From positions 1 through 63,927 of the forward strand of contig CAYNXX010000003.1 of the NCBI GenBank assembly GCA_964401295.1: DNA of 63,927 nucleotides, given 5' to 3'. A program made the position numbers and the translations under genes. The notes under the pieces were generated by a model. The model had not been told where the DNA came from and made no database searches. It saw only the letters and a program-made list of their open reading frames with translations. Of the stretch, positions 18,197-30,783 are shown piece after piece (position 1 is the stretch's first letter; every line of letters begins with the position of its first letter). The DNA comes from an uncultured Candidatus Saccharibacteria bacterium (GTDB lineage: Bacteria > Patescibacteriota > Minisyncoccia > Minisyncoccales > CAYJUL01).

Positions 18197-19885
18197 ATGC
18201 AAAAACAAATAACCAAAGACAATAAAGCTTTGCGCATTACGCCGCTCGGCGGAAATGGCGAAGTCGGACGATGTATGATGGTTTTTGAATATGGAAAGGC
18301 CGCATTTATCATTGACCTTGGCATTAAAATGCCCGAAGAATCTATGCCAGGAGTAGACTATGTTATTCCAAACGTATCCTATCTTAGGGGCAAAGAAAAA
18401 AATATCGTAGGTCTCTTTTTGACTCACGGCCACTACGACCACATTGGCGCCGTCCCCTATCTTATAGGAAAAATAGGAAATCCTCCGATTTACACGGCCG
18501 CCCTGACGCGCGGAATAGTTTTGCGCCGGCAGGAAGAATTTCCGGGCGGTCCACAGCTTGAAATCAATACAATCAGGGACGGGTCCAAAGCAAAACTTGG
18601 GCCATTTGATCTTGAGTTTTTCAGAGAAAATCACAATATTCCCGACACACTTGGCGTACTTATCAAAACTCCGATGGGCAATGTATTATATAGTTCTGAA
18701 TTCAAGTTTGATCCCAATCCGGTCAACGAACCACCAAGCGATATGAAGAAGCTTGCGGCTTTGGGACGCCGCGGAATCACGCTCTTGATTTCAGATTCAA
18801 TCGGCGCGGAAACAATAGGCCATTCTTTTTCTGAAAAAACCATTTTTGAAAATCTTGACGAAATTTTTAAACAAACGCGTGGCCGCCTGATAGTCGCAAC
18901 TTTTGCTTCTCTGTTAAACCGCGTGCAACAAGTAATTACCTTGTCGGAAAAATATGGCAGAAAAGTTGTAGTTGAAGGACATTCAATGAAAACAAATGTG
19001 GAAATCACAAGACGCCTTGCTTACCTTAAAATGGAAAAACATACACAAATACAAGCCAAAGATATTGATCACTATCCTCCGGAAAAAATAACGGTTATTT
19101 GTACCGGCGCGCAGGGCGAAGGACAAGCGGTTTTGATGCGAATAGCCACCAAAGAGCACCGCTTCATACAGCTAAGGCGCGGCGATACAGTAATTCTGTC
19201 TTCTTCAGTGGTGCCAGGAAATGAACGCTTAGTCCAGCAGTTAAAAGATGATATTTTGCGTCAGGGCACGAAAGTATTCCATTACAAGATGATGGATATC
19301 CATGCCGGAGGCCATGCTCAAAGCGAAGAAATAGAACAAATGATAAGGATAATGAGGCCAAAATTTTTCATGCCGATTAACGGCCAGTATTCAATGCTTG
19401 TTGCCGGAGGAGAGCTTGCCAAAAAATGTGGCATTCCGGAAAAAAATATCGCCATTGTAGACAATGGCGACGCTGTTGTGGTGGCGCGCGATAAAATTTA
19501 CGTTGAAAAACACGTCGCGCCAGCGAACGATGTAATGGTAGATGGCCTCGGCATAGGCGATGTCGGCGAAATCGTACTGCGCGACAGGCAAGCTCTTTCC
19601 AAAGATGGGATGTTTGTCATTATCGCCGTGGTTGAACGGACAACCGGCAAAGTAAAAGGCAGTCCGGATATTATTTCCCGAGGCTTTGTTTATCTTAAAG
19701 AATCTAAAGATCTGTTAACCCAAACGCGGAAAAAAACTGTGGGCATAATACAACACGCCACGGGCTCGGGAACAACGGTCAACTGGACTTACGTAAAGGA
19801 CGAGATAAGAAACAAAATCGGCGATTTCCTGTATAATAAAACGCAGAGACGGCCGATGGTCCTACCGGTAGTAATCGTTGTATAA
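18197..19885 (+). CDS. rnj: Ribonuclease J
   Basis: Metallo-beta-lactamase motif LTHGHYDHIGAVPY, beta-CASP and C-terminal domains, 562 aa. The ATG lies 2 nt after the tRNA-Leu 3' end. Confidence 0.93.
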   Translation: MQKQITKDNKALRITPLGGNGEVGRCMMVFEYGKAAFIIDLGIKMPEESMPGVDYVIPNVSYLRGKEKNIVGLFLTHGHYDHIGAVPYLIGKIGNPPIYTAALTRGIVLRRQEEFPGGPQLEINTIRDGSKAKLGPFDLEFFRENHNIPDTLGVLIKTPMGNVLYSSEFKFDPNPVNEPPSDMKKLAALGRRGITLLISDSIGAETIGHSFSEKTIFENLDEIFKQTRGRLIVATFASLLNRVQQVITLSEKYGRKVVVEGHSMKTNVEITRRLAYLKMEKHTQIQAKDIDHYPPEKITVICTGAQGEGQAVLMRIATKEHRFIQLRRGDTVILSSSVVPGNERLVQQLKDDILRQGTKVFHYKMMDIHAGGHAQSEEIEQMIRIMRPKFFMPINGQYSMLVAGGELAKKCGIPEKNIAIVDNGDAVVVARDKIYVEKHVAPANDVMVDGLGIGDVGEIVLRDRQALSKDGMFVIIAVVERTTGKVKGSPDIISRGFVYLKESKDLLTQTRKKTVGIIQHATGSGTTVNWTYVKDEIRNKIGDFLYNKTQRRPMVLPVVIVV

Positions 19886-20867
19886 ACATATGCGTGCAAT
19901 CAGCGGCATTCAGCCGACCGGCCAGCTGCATATAGGGAATTATTTGGGAGCAATCAAAAACTGGGCAACCCTTCAGGATAAATATGAATGCTTGTTTTTT
20001 GTCGCGGACTTACACGCCCTTACCACTCCTTACGACTCCCAAAACTTTGCCAGACAAACCAAAGAAAAGGTTGCCGAACTTTTAGCTTTGGGGGTTGATC
20101 CTGAAAGGTGCGTCATTTTCGTGCAGTCAAAAATAAAAGAGCATGCCGAATTAGCCTGGATTCTAAACACTTTGACTCCCGTTGCCGAGCTTGAACGCAT
20201 GATCCAATATAAAGAAAGAGTTAAAAAATTTAAACAAAACGTAAATGCGGGTCTGTTTACTTATCCAGTTTTGCAGGCCGCAGATATACTTCTTTACAGC
20301 TCGGATGTCGTACCGGTGGGACGCGACCAAAAACAGCATATTGAACTTACACAAACCATAGCAAGGCGCTTTAATGCTAGATTCGGCCAAACCCTAAAAG
20401 AGCCAGAAGCGCTTATAATTGAAGGTGGGTCGAAAATTATGTCTCTGGAAGAGCCCAAGAAAAAAATGTCCAAAAGCGACCAACCCCAGTCTTATCTCGG
20501 AGTGTTTGACGAACCGAAAGCCATAGAAAAGAAAATTATGTCCGCCGTGACTGATCTAGGCAAGGAGATAAAATATGACACGGCAAAAAAACCCGGCATT
20601 TCAAACCTGCTTACTATTTATTCGTTGGTAAGCAAGGCGCCGCTTAAAGATATTGAAAGTAAATTCAAGGGACGAGGTTATGCAAAATTTAAAAAGAATC
20701 TCATAAAGTTGCTGGTCGAGGAATTAGAACCATTCCGCAAAAAGAAAAGGGAATTTCTCTCAAGAGAAGTATATATTGACGAAATAATCTCCGGGGGAAC
20801 AAAAAAGGCAAGACAACTCGCCGCCTTTACCATGGAAGAAGTGAGAAAAAAGACGGGTTTAATCTAA
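19878..20867 (+). CDS. trpS: Tryptophan--tRNA ligase
   Basis: GIQPTGQLHIGNYLGA (HIGH) and KMSKS motifs. The start is probably the ATG at 19890. Confidence 0.95.
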   Translation: MYKHMRAISGIQPTGQLHIGNYLGAIKNWATLQDKYECLFFVADLHALTTPYDSQNFARQTKEKVAELLALGVDPERCVIFVQSKIKEHAELAWILNTLTPVAELERMIQYKERVKKFKQNVNAGLFTYPVLQAADILLYSSDVVPVGRDQKQHIELTQTIARRFNARFGQTLKEPEALIIEGGSKIMSLEEPKKKMSKSDQPQSYLGVFDEPKAIEKKIMSAVTDLGKEIKYDTAKKPGISNLLTIYSLVSKAPLKDIESKFKGRGYAKFKKNLIKLLVEELEPFRKKKREFLSREVYIDEIISGGTKKARQLAAFTMEEVRKKTGLI

Positions 20868-22306
20868 AACTCTTCCGCATTGACGTTAATAGAGTTTGAC
20901 CAGTCTATTTCTTTATAGTCGTGGAGTAAAACAGAAATATAATTCCTTAAAAAGTTGTGTCGTTTTTTTGTTTTTGCTTCAAATTTTATGGTCAAGTACG
21001 GCCCATTTTGAGAATAACGGATGACGAACATCGCATCTGAAAAATCAATCCTCACTCCATCTCCTGCGCGTTCGTCGTCAATAATACTGCCGTCGGGAAA
21101 ATCTTTCTCCAGAATGCGACTTAGACTCTGTACGACGCCTATCTTTTTATCATCCGGACAATAAACTTTAATCTCCGGACTGGATATGTACTTAGGTAGA
21201 GCGTCAATTGCCTTGCCCAAGGAAAGATTATTACTGGCAAGATAGCTTAAAAGGCGTAGTGTAGAATGCAGGCCGTCATCGTGATTATAAAAATCTGCAG
21301 AAAAGAAAAAGTGCCCGGAAAGCTCACCTATGAATGCGGCACGTACTTCCTGATTTTTCTTTTTTAAAAATGAATGGCCGGTGCGCCACATAAATGGCTT
21401 GCCGCCGTGTTTTATTATAGTTTCTTCCACTGCACGCGAGCAAAGGGTATTATACATTATCGTGGCCCCCGGATGACGACTTAAAGCGTCGGCAGCGAAA
21501 AGCGCAACCAAAATATCGTTCCAAAGAATCGTACCCATTTCATCAACCACTCCTATGCGATCGCCATCCGCATCATAAGAAAATCCCAGATCGGCGCTGG
21601 CGCTTAAAACTTCGCGACTTAGACGCTTTGCCACTTCAATATCCGTCGGATCGGGAGTGCCGAGAGGAAACGCAGGATCAACTTTGCAGTTTTGCTCTAC
21701 AACTTCGCACCCCATACGCCGCAAAAATTCCGGTGCGATAACCCCAGCCGTGGAATTGCTCGGATCAACTACAACTTTGAACTTTTTTTTCAGGGGCAAA
21801 CGCTGCGATAAATCATCAAAATAAGTCCCTTTTACATCCTGCTCTGTAGCCGAACCGCGGCGCTCGCCGATTTCGCAATCGTCTTCCTCAACCATGCGTC
21901 TCAATTCCTGTATACCTTCGGTCACCAGCGTTTCGGAAAAATCTATGGCAAATTTAAATCCATTGTACTGCGCAGGATTATGCGAAGCCGACACGTAAAC
22001 TCCGGCACGCGAATTAAAATAATACTGTGACCAATAAAACGTTCCTATCAAATTCATGCCGATATCAATAACGTCTATACCGGCCCAATTAAGGCCATTG
22101 ACAATGGCCACGCTGTATGGCGGGCTCGTAGCGCGGCAATCGCGCGAAACGATCGCTTTTTTTATGTTCCTACGCGCCAAAAAAGTGCCATACGCTTTTC
22201 CTATTTGCTCGGCTACCTCTTCGTTAAGATCCTCGCCAACCAAACCTCGCAAATCATAGCCCCGAAAGATAAAAGGATTGATTTTCATATGCTTATATTG
22301 TAGCAT
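20864..22306 (-). CDS. Phosphomannomutase / phosphoglucomutase
   Basis: SASHNPAQYNGFK active-site loop, DADGDR Mg site, GELSGH sugar-binding loop. Confidence 0.9.
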   Translation of the reverse strand: MLQYKHMKINPFIFRGYDLRGLVGEDLNEEVAEQIGKAYGTFLARRNIKKAIVSRDCRATSPPYSVAIVNGLNWAGIDVIDIGMNLIGTFYWSQYYFNSRAGVYVSASHNPAQYNGFKFAIDFSETLVTEGIQELRRMVEEDDCEIGERRGSATEQDVKGTYFDDLSQRLPLKKKFKVVVDPSNSTAGVIAPEFLRRMGCEVVEQNCKVDPAFPLGTPDPTDIEVAKRLSREVLSASADLGFSYDADGDRIGVVDEMGTILWNDILVALFAADALSRHPGATIMYNTLCSRAVEETIIKHGGKPFMWRTGHSFLKKKNQEVRAAFIGELSGHFFFSADFYNHDDGLHSTLRLLSYLASNNLSLGKAIDALPKYISSPEIKVYCPDDKKIGVVQSLSRILEKDFPDGSIIDDERAGDGVRIDFSDAMFVIRYSQNGPYLTIKFEAKTKKRHNFLRNYISVLLHDYKEIDWSNSINVNAEEF

Positions 22307-22346
22307 AGGCGTATATCATTTTTGCAAACATTACGCCTCACGGCGC

Positions 22347-22375
22347 TTGACCTAGCGCTTATTGCTTGTTACACT
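22347..22375 (+). promoter_or_regulatory. Putative promoter of the rpsF-ssb-rpsR operon
   Basis: TTGACC (22347-22352), 17-bp spacer, TACACT (22370-22375). Confidence 0.35.
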
Positions 22376-22444
22376 ATTCTTGATTTACTAAACCAGTGAA
22401 ATGCGTAATTCATATCGGATTAGTAATTTACTAAGACGTGGGTA

Positions 22445-23326
<882 letters not shown>

Positions 23327-23327
<1 letters not shown>

Positions 23328-23524
23328 TGAACTGCTATTTTTGCCAAAAAAATGCACAGGAAATAGACTTCAAAGATACGCTGCTTTTAAGAAAATTCGT
23401 GTCTGGTTCGGCTAAAATAAGAAGGACCGAGAAAACCGGCGTATGCGCTAAACACCAAAGGAAGCTTGCCCGCGCAATCAAAAGAGCTAGATATCTCGCA
23501 TTGCTGCCGTATACCGTAAAATAG
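23327..23524 (+). CDS. rpsR: 30S ribosomal protein S18
   Basis: CYFC...IDFKD...LRKF..., [21 protein letters not shown]. Confidence 0.9.
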
Positions 23525-23538
23525 AATAGATTTTAAAA

Positions 23539-23570
23539 ATATCCCGCCGAATCCGGCGGGATATTTTTTT
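23539..23570. terminator. Bidirectional intrinsic terminator between rpsR and recA
   Basis: ATATCCCGCCG-AATC-CGGCGGGATAT, flanked by A5 and T7 runs. Confidence 0.75.
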
Positions 23571-23574
23571 ATTT

Positions 23575-24630
23575 TTAGCCTTTTTTGAAAAGGTCTTCTT
23601 TTATCTTTTTTACCATTGCCGGATTTTCTTTTAGAAAGTTTCTGGCCTGTTCAACGCCCTGACCCAATTTTGTTTCGCCGTAAAGTACCCAACTTCCGCT
23701 TTTTGTCAAAACCCCAGAAAGTAATCCGGTATTTACTAAATCTCCTTCGGCGGAAATTCCTTCATTGTAATAAATATCAAATTCCGCTGTTTTAAATGGT
23801 GGTGCAACTTTATTTTTGACTATTTTTGCCTTAATTCTTGAGCCTACGATATTATCGCCATGTTTTATTTGCCCGATTCTACGCAAATCAATACGCACCG
23901 AAGAATAGAATTTAAGCGCCATTCCACCAGGAGTGGTTTCGGGATTTCCGAACATAACGCCGATTTTCATTCGCGTCTGATTTAGAAAAATAACGACCGT
24001 CTTAGTTTTCGCCACCGTTGAAGTCAACTTTCTTAGAGCCTGCGACATCAACCTCGCCTGCGTGCCGATAAATTGATCACCTATTTCTCCGGCAATTTCT
24101 GATTTGGGAGTCAACGCTGCCACGGAGTCAACAACAACAACATCAACCTCGCCGGAACGCACCAAAGCCTCAACTATCTGCAAAGCCTGTTCTCCCGAAT
24201 CCGGCTGCGAAATTAAAAGATCGTCAACTCTTACGCCAAGCCTTCTTGCATACTCTGGGTCCAAAGCGTGTTCTGCGTCAATAAACGCGGCGGTTCCGCG
24301 TTTTTTTTGCGCCTCGGCGCAAATATGCAAAGCCAGAGTGCTTTTTCCTGTTGACTCCGGCCCGAAAATCTCAACGATTCTTCCGCGTGGAACGCCTTTA
24401 ACACCGAGCGCCAAATCAAGCGAAATTGCTCCGGTTGGAATGGCATCGATGTCAACTGCCTTCACTTCTTTGAGTGTCATTATCGATCCCTCGCCGAAAC
24501 GCTGTTTAAGTTCGGCTAGCGCCTCATTCAAATCAGTTTTTTCGATTTTCGTTTCTTTTTTCTTTGGCATAAAACGAGAAAACAGAATCTGGCTTCTGTT
24601 TTCTAAATTATAATTTATACTTTCTCCCAC
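23575..24630 (-). CDS. recA: Recombinase RecA
   Basis: [12 protein letters not shown] Walker A with a full RecA core. The tracked start is the GTG at 24630, which overlaps ftsK. The ATG at 24570 (MPKKKE...) is an alternative. Confidence 0.97.
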   Translation of the reverse strand: MGESINYNLENRSQILFSRFMPKKKETKIEKTDLNEALAELKQRFGEGSIMTLKEVKAVDIDAIPTGAISLDLALGVKGVPRGRIVEIFGPESTGKSTLALHICAEAQKKRGTAAFIDAEHALDPEYARRLGVRVDDLLISQPDSGEQALQIVEALVRSGEVDVVVVDSVAALTPKSEIAGEIGDQFIGTQARLMSQALRKLTSTVAKTKTVVIFLNQTRMKIGVMFGNPETTPGGMALKFYSSVRIDLRRIGQIKHGDNIVGSRIKAKIVKNKVAPPFKTAEFDIYYNEGISAEGDLVNTGLLSGVLTKSGSWVLYGETKLGQGVEQARNFLKENPAMVKKIKEDLFKKG

Positions 24631-26873
24631 TCGTCATCCTCTTCTTCTTTTGCAACATTGTCAATGGCACGCTGACCATTGGAAACTTCGGGGTCCATCA
24701 ATACGTCACGTGGTTTCGCGCCCTCGCCTGGTCCGACAACTCCTTTTTCTTCCATCATGTCTATAAGCCGCGCGGCCCGCGCGTAGCCAACGCGAAGACG
24801 CCTCTGTAAAAATGATGCCGAAGCTTTTCTTGTTTCAATCACCAATTTTTTTGCCTCTTCATAAAGGGGTTCATCGCCTTCGCCGCCGAAAAATCCCCCA
24901 CCCTCAACTCCGCCGCTTTCAATTGCATGCTCCAAATCTTCAGCCATTTTAATTTTTTCTCTGACATATTCATCATGTTCGGATTTTTCATTAAAAGCTT
25001 CCTCTTTTATAAATTTTACCACTCTTTTAACCTCTTTATCAGAAACATAAGATCCCTGAATTCTTTTAGGCTTTGACATTTCTGCTGAAATAAAAAGCAT
25101 ATCGCCAAGCCCCAGCAGTTTTTCCGCGCCAGAACTATCAAGAACAGTTCTTGAATCCACTTGCGAAGCTACTTGAAACGCCATGCGCGAAGTGATGTTT
25201 GCCTTGATTAAACCGGTGATAACCTCTACCGATGGCCTCTGGGTTGCAACGACTAAATGGATACCTGTTGCCCGCGCCATTTGCGCAAGTCTTACGATAC
25301 CCGCCTCAATATCTCTTCCTCGCGCGGCCATTAAATCCGCCAGCTCATCAACTATAAGTACGATATAGGGCATAGGTTCTTTGTTTTCTTTGAGCATCAC
25401 CGAATTATAACCGAGAATATCACGCGCCTTAACTTCCGCCAGCACGTCAAAACGCCGCTCCATTTCACCTACAAGCCACTTTAATGCATTAACAGTTTTT
25501 TGCGGATCAAAAATCACCGGCGTCAAAAGATGTGGCAAATCATTATAAACCGGAAACTCAACTCTTTTGGGGTCAACCAGAATCAAACGCAAAATATCCG
25601 GCGAACTCTGATAAAGCAAACTCATAATGATTGAGTTTAAGCCTATGGTTTTGCCAGTACCGGTACTGCCGGCGACCAATAAATGCGGCATACGTTCCAA
25701 ATCAGCATAGACATGGTTGCCCGCGACGTCCCGCCCCAAGGCCAACATCAAATGCGAAGCGGCAGTCTGAAAAGCGGGGTTTTCTATTATATTGCGCAAT
25801 CTCACCTGGGCTCGCACGCGATTAGGAACTTCTATTCCCACAAGTGGTCTGCCAGGTATCGGCGCCTCTATTCTGATTGGATGCGCCGCAAGCGAAAGGG
25901 CTAAGTCATTGCTAAGCACTACAATTTTGGAAAGCTTGATGCCCTCCGCCGGCTTCATCGCATACTGAGTCACAGCCGGCCCAATATTAACTTCTGAAAT
26001 CTCAACCGGTATATCAAAATTTTCAAGCGTTCTTTTTATTATTGCAGAATTGACTTTAATGTCCCCGGATTGCGCCCCCCCCCGATCTGGTTCAAGTAAA
26101 TCAATCGGCGGCAAATGGTACGATGAAAAGTTTTTTCCATTTTTGGGGCCGAATGCATCCCCATGCATGCCGACAGCAACGGGTTTAACTTCGGCCGGAA
26201 CAGGATTAATCACTTCCGGCTGGCCTTTCGTATCTAAACTTTTTATTTTTCCAGCCGGCAATTCTTTAATTGTAAACTTCGGAGCCAAAAAATTTTTTAG
26301 TGCCAAGTTTGATTCAGCTTTTACCTCGCCTTTTTCTTCTTCGCCTTGCGGACGTATCTGCCAGGCAATAACCAACGATGCCGCAAGGAAAGCCAAAAAG
26401 ATTACTACGCTAGCCCAAATGCCAAATGCTATCATCGGAAGCCAAGCTAAAATATAACCGACAATTCCACCCATTATGTTTGTTTCTTTGCTATAAAAAA
26501 TCGCAAAGGCTCCAAGTAATCCGTCTATGCCCAAAATCGACAAAACTAAAATAATTATTATGGAGCGCAAAAAATGCTTCTTTTGGGTGTTAAGCAACAT
26601 TATTCCGGCCAAGGCGAATAAAACCGGCATAACAAAAACCGTCCTGCCGATAAACCAGGTTGCCCATTTCAAAAACACAACGCCGCCGCGGCCGGCCAAG
26701 CCAAAAAAAGAAAGGCCGATTATAATGGCCGCTATAAACATGATGGTCCCCCACAAAATTCTGCGGATTTCGGTTGGAACTAGTGAATTCTTTCCCTGTT
26801 TCTGATTCGATTTTTTTCCGCCATAGACGGATCCGCTCCGGCCAGAAATTTTAATCTTTTTGTTTTTTGCCAT
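24615..26873 (-). CDS. ftsK: DNA translocase FtsK/SpoIIIE
   Basis: N-terminal TM segments, motor domain with GSTGTGKT Walker A, C-terminal winged-helix gamma domain ([22 protein letters not shown]). Confidence 0.93.
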   Translation of the reverse strand: MAKNKKIKISGRSGSVYGGKKSNQKQGKNSLVPTEIRRILWGTIMFIAAIIIGLSFFGLAGRGGVVFLKWATWFIGRTVFVMPVLFALAGIMLLNTQKKHFLRSIIIILVLSILGIDGLLGAFAIFYSKETNIMGGIVGYILAWLPMIAFGIWASVVIFLAFLAASLVIAWQIRPQGEEEKGEVKAESNLALKNFLAPKFTIKELPAGKIKSLDTKGQPEVINPVPAEVKPVAVGMHGDAFGPKNGKNFSSYHLPPIDLLEPDRGGAQSGDIKVNSAIIKRTLENFDIPVEISEVNIGPAVTQYAMKPAEGIKLSKIVVLSNDLALSLAAHPIRIEAPIPGRPLVGIEVPNRVRAQVRLRNIIENPAFQTAASHLMLALGRDVAGNHVYADLERMPHLLVAGSTGTGKTIGLNSIIMSLLYQSSPDILRLILVDPKRVEFPVYNDLPHLLTPVIFDPQKTVNALKWLVGEMERRFDVLAEVKARDILGYNSVMLKENKEPMPYIVLIVDELADLMAARGRDIEAGIVRLAQMARATGIHLVVATQRPSVEVITGLIKANITSRMAFQVASQVDSRTVLDSSGAEKLLGLGDMLFISAEMSKPKRIQGSYVSDKEVKRVVKFIKEEAFNEKSEHDEYVREKIKMAEDLEHAIESGGVEGGGFFGGEGDEPLYEEAKKLVIETRKASASFLQRRLRVGYARAARLIDMMEEKGVVGPGEGAKPRDVLMDPEVSNGQRAIDNVAKEEEDDEWEKV

Positions 26874-27059
26874 ACTCTGACGTAGAAATTGGACAGCGAT
26901 ATATTATCCAAACTCAATGTTCTATATATGAGTTATTACAATTATTTCTTGCCCCATTGCAATGAAATATCAATAACTTATCGAAAAATGTCTAATTTTC
27001 ACTTTGGGGCACATCTTATTCTGTTTTATCACAAAATATCGGGATTATAAAATGTATAA

Positions 27060-27094
27060 CAGCGCGCGGCAAAACTAAGTTTAGCCGCGCGCTG
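27060..27094 (-). terminator. GC-rich hairpin downstream of rpoC
   Basis: CAGCGCGCGGC-N13-GCCGCGCGCTG, starting 16 nt after the rpoC stop. Confidence 0.6.
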
Positions 27095-27109
27095 GAAAAT
27101 TACTTCTTT

Positions 27110-30100
27110 TTATTTTTTAAATCCGGTTCCTGCGGGTATCAATTTACCTATGATCACATTTTCTTTAAGGCCGCGCAGCATATCTTCCCTACCCTCAATG
27201 GCGGCTCTTATCAAAACTCTGGATGTTTCCTGGAAAGATGCCGCAGATAAGAAGCTCTCCGTTGAAAGCGATACGCGAGATATGCCGAAAAGCACCGGTG
27301 CGCTCTCAACCTGCCTCTTTTTATCTTTTTTGAGCGCTTTATTTTCTTCCAAAACTTGAGCCGCTTCAACTATCTGGCCTGGCACGAAAAGACTATCACT
27401 GGCGTCTTTGATTTTAACGCGGGAAAACATTTGCCGAACAATCGTTTCTATATGTTTGTCATGGATTGACGCTCCCTGTGATACATATATTTTTTGGACT
27501 TCCTGAACTAGATATTTTCTCGCGGCCTCAAGCCCGGCAACATCAAAAAGTTCCTGCGGGTCAATACTACCGTCGCAAAGCTGCTGTCCTTTTTTAATCT
27601 CTTCTCCTGACTTAACCCAAATACTCATATTTGCTGGAATTGCATATTCTACAACTTTTTCTTGTTGCTTCGTTCCTCCCTTTTTACTCTTTTTTGCCAT
27701 CTTCACTGAGGCTTTTTTAATTATTATTCTTTTATCGTCCGTAATTTTCAAAACTTTCCCATCGACCTCGCTGATAACTGCTTTTCCTGCAGGCATTCTT
27801 GCCTCAAAGAGTTCCTCAACCCTCGGCAAACCTTGAGTAATATCCGCGCCACCGGCAACTCCTCCGGTGTGAAAAGTTCTCATAGTCAGCTGTGTGCCGG
27901 GCTCGCCGATTGCCTGCGCCGCGATTATTCCGACCGCTTCGCCAAGTGGAACCAATTGGTTCAAGCTTAAATCCCAGCCGTAGCAAAACTGGCAAATACC
28001 CCTTATTGATTTGCATGTTAAGGGAGAACGTATATAAATTTCTTCTATGCCCACGGCATCGACTACCCTGACCTTATCCCAATCAATAATCTCGTCTCTT
28101 TTAACAATGATTTTGCCATATTTATCTTTAATATTGGTTGATGCGACCCTGCCGATAAGTTTAAAAATGAGTTTTTGACCCATGGCTTCGGCTTCGGATT
28201 TTAAAACTAAAAATCCGTTTTCATCGCCGCAATCTTTTTCGCTGACAACTATTTCGTGCGCAACGTCAACAAGGCGCCGTGTAAGATAGCCGGCGGTAGA
28301 GGTACGAAGCGCCGTATCCGCCGTGCCCTTTCTAGCGCCGTGCGTTGAAATAAAGTATTCAAGCACATCAAAACCTTCCTTGAACGAGCTTTTAACCGGC
28401 AACTCGATAATCTGGCCGGCCGGGTTAATTACCAAGCCCTTCATTCCAGCCATCTGCACAGGCTGAGACCAGCTACCCCTCGCTCCTGAATCCACGATGG
28501 AAAACACCGACCCGCCCCTAGGAAGGGCTCCGGGTACCGATTTCTCAACTTCATTTTTAGTCTTCTGCCAAAGTTCAATGATCCGCACTTTTTTCTCTTC
28601 CTTGGAAAGTAAACCCTTCATATAATAAGAGTTTATGGCATCCACTTCTTTTTCAGCGGCCGTTATGATTTTTTTCTTTTCCGCAGGGACGAATAAATCA
28701 TCCATACCCCAAGAAACTCCGCTAAGCGTTGCATATTCAAAACCGAGGTCTTTAATTTTATCCAAAACATCGGCAGATAGCTCTACGCCATATTTTTCTA
28801 TGATATCGCTGGTAATTCTGTCTAAGCGCTTGGAATTTATAATATCATTTACGAATGGATAACTATCCGGCAAAACTTTGTTGAAAATTAGCCTTCCCAC
28901 CGTGGTTTCAATTAGTTCGCTGTTTTTAGATTTTGGCTCGGGAACTTTTATTTTTGCTCCAAGGTCAATCTCGCCAAAATCAAGAGTTAAAAGCGCTTCT
29001 TCCGCCGAGCCGAACGGTTTTCCCTCGCCCTTAGCACCTTCCTTTATCATCGTAAGCCGGTAACAACCCAAAACTATATCCTGCGAAGGCGTAACAATTG
29101 GCGTTCCGGTTGCGGGTTTTAACAAATTATTGGCGGAAAGCATTCTTTTTTTAGCTTCCTGTTGAGCCTCATCCGACAAGGGAACGTGAACGGCCATTTG
29201 GTCGCCGTCGAAATCCGCGTTAAACGCTTTGCAGACCAAAGGATGCAAATGGATAGCTTGACCTTCGATCAAAACCGGCTGAAACGCTTGAATGCCAAGT
29301 TTGTGCAGTGTCGGCGCACGATTAAGCAAAACGAGTTTATTTTTAACCACCTCTTCCAAAATGGCCCAAACTTCCGGCGTCTGATCCTCAATCAGGCGCG
29401 ACGCCGCGCGCACGTTAAACGCAAGTTCCAATTCCAAAAGTTTTTTCGTAACCATAGGTCTGAAAAGCTCCAAGGCCATTTGTTTTGGAATGCCGCATTG
29501 GTGCAGTTTTAACTCCGGGCCGACGACGATGACCGAGCGACCGGAGTAATCAACTCTTTTACCCAAAAGGTTTTGTCTAAAACGTCCCTGTTTGCCTTTG
29601 AGCATATCGGCCAAGCTTTTCAGTAGCCTTCTTCCACCGGTTGTGGCAGTAGTCATCTGGCCGACACGCATGCTGTTATCAATTAAAGCGTCAACGGCTT
29701 CTTGCAGCATTCTTTTTTCGTTGCGCACAATCACTTCTGGAGCGTTTATTTCAAGCAAATATTTCAAACGATTGTTGCGGTTTATAACACGCCTGTATAA
29801 ATCGTTAAGGTCGGAGGAGGCGAATCGTCCGCCGCCGAGCTGAACCATCGGCCGCAAATCAGGAGGCAGAACCGGCAACATGGTTGTAAACATCCACTCG
29901 GGCCTGACGCCGGCTTTTTGCATGCTCTGGAGCACACGCAGACGCCGCAGAAGTTTTTTGCGGTCAACAACTCTTTCTTCGGCCAATATTTCTTTTATCG
30001 CAGCGATTTCTTTGACAAGATCCATCTGTTCAAAAATCTTTTTAACTACTTCAGCGCCGGTCCCGGATTCAAATATTTCTCCGTATTTTAAGCTGTAGTC

Positions 30101-30769
30101 GCGGTATTCCGCTTCTGACAAAACCCGTAGTGGCTGGATTGAAAGCACTTCCTGGCGGGCTTTGTCGCGCGCTGCCTTTAAATCCTGCAGGTCTCTCTGT
30201 TTTAATTCTTCAGTCGCCTCAAATTTTTTGGTTTTCGCGCCTCGCTTTTTCGCTTCGGCTTTGTCTTTTCGCGCTTTAGACTCGCTTTCGGATTTTACTT
30301 TTTGCTTGTATTCCCTGTCTATTTCTTCCAAGGTTTTATTTTTAGCCTCCTCATCAACTTTCAGAACGATATAGCTTGAAAAATAAATGGTCTTTTCAAG
30401 CTGCGGCATCGGTATATCCAAAATCAAACCCATCATCGACGGAACTCCTCTTAAAAACCATATGTGGCTGACTGGACTTGCTAATTTTATGTGCCCCATT
30501 CGCTCGCGCCTGACCGAAGACTTGGTAACCTCTACTCCGCACTTGTCACAAATAACGCCTTTGTATCGTATTCTTTGGTATTTACCGCAATAGCACTGGT
30601 AATCTTTTTCTGGACCGAAAATTCTTTCACAGAACAAGCCGTCCTTTTCCGGCCTTTGTGTGCGGTAATTAATGGTTTCGGCTTTTGTAACTTCTCCATG
30701 CGACCAATTCAAAATATCCTGTGGCGAGGCCAATTTTATTCTTATTGCTTGTAAATCTTGGACGCGCAT
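27110..30769 (-). CDS. rpoC: DNA-directed RNA polymerase subunit beta'
   Basis: [12 protein letters not shown] catalytic motif, zinc-binding CYCGKY...CDKCGVEV, 1219 aa. Confidence 0.98.
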   Translation of the reverse strand: MRVQDLQAIRIKLASPQDILNWSHGEVTKAETINYRTQRPEKDGLFCERIFGPEKDYQCYCGKYQRIRYKGVICDKCGVEVTKSSVRRERMGHIKLASPVSHIWFLRGVPSMMGLILDIPMPQLEKTIYFSSYIVLKVDEEAKNKTLEEIDREYKQKVKSESESKARKDKAEAKKRGAKTKKFEATEELKQRDLQDLKAARDKARQEVLSIQPLRVLSEAEYRDYSLKYGEIFESGTGAEVVKKIFEQMDLVKEIAAIKEILAEERVVDRKKLLRRLRVLQSMQKAGVRPEWMFTTMLPVLPPDLRPMVQLGGGRFASSDLNDLYRRVINRNNRLKYLLEINAPEVIVRNEKRMLQEAVDALIDNSMRVGQMTTATTGGRRLLKSLADMLKGKQGRFRQNLLGKRVDYSGRSVIVVGPELKLHQCGIPKQMALELFRPMVTKKLLELELAFNVRAASRLIEDQTPEVWAILEEVVKNKLVLLNRAPTLHKLGIQAFQPVLIEGQAIHLHPLVCKAFNADFDGDQMAVHVPLSDEAQQEAKKRMLSANNLLKPATGTPIVTPSQDIVLGCYRLTMIKEGAKGEGKPFGSAEEALLTLDFGEIDLGAKIKVPEPKSKNSELIETTVGRLIFNKVLPDSYPFVNDIINSKRLDRITSDIIEKYGVELSADVLDKIKDLGFEYATLSGVSWGMDDLFVPAEKKKIITAAEKEVDAINSYYMKGLLSKEEKKVRIIELWQKTKNEVEKSVPGALPRGGSVFSIVDSGARGSWSQPVQMAGMKGLVINPAGQIIELPVKSSFKEGFDVLEYFISTHGARKGTADTALRTSTAGYLTRRLVDVAHEIVVSEKDCGDENGFLVLKSEAEAMGQKLIFKLIGRVASTNIKDKYGKIIVKRDEIIDWDKVRVVDAVGIEEIYIRSPLTCKSIRGICQFCYGWDLSLNQLVPLGEAVGIIAAQAIGEPGTQLTMRTFHTGGVAGGADITQGLPRVEELFEARMPAGKAVISEVDGKVLKITDDKRIIIKKASVKMAKKSKKGGTKQQEKVVEYAIPANMSIWVKSGEEIKKGQQLCDGSIDPQELFDVAGLEAARKYLVQEVQKIYVSQGASIHDKHIETIVRQMFSRVKIKDASDSLFVPGQIVEAAQVLEENKALKKDKKRQVESAPVLFGISRVSLSTESFLSAASFQETSRVLIRAAIEGREDMLRGLKENVIIGKLIPAGTGFKK

Positions 30770-30783
30770 GATTGAAATTTTAT

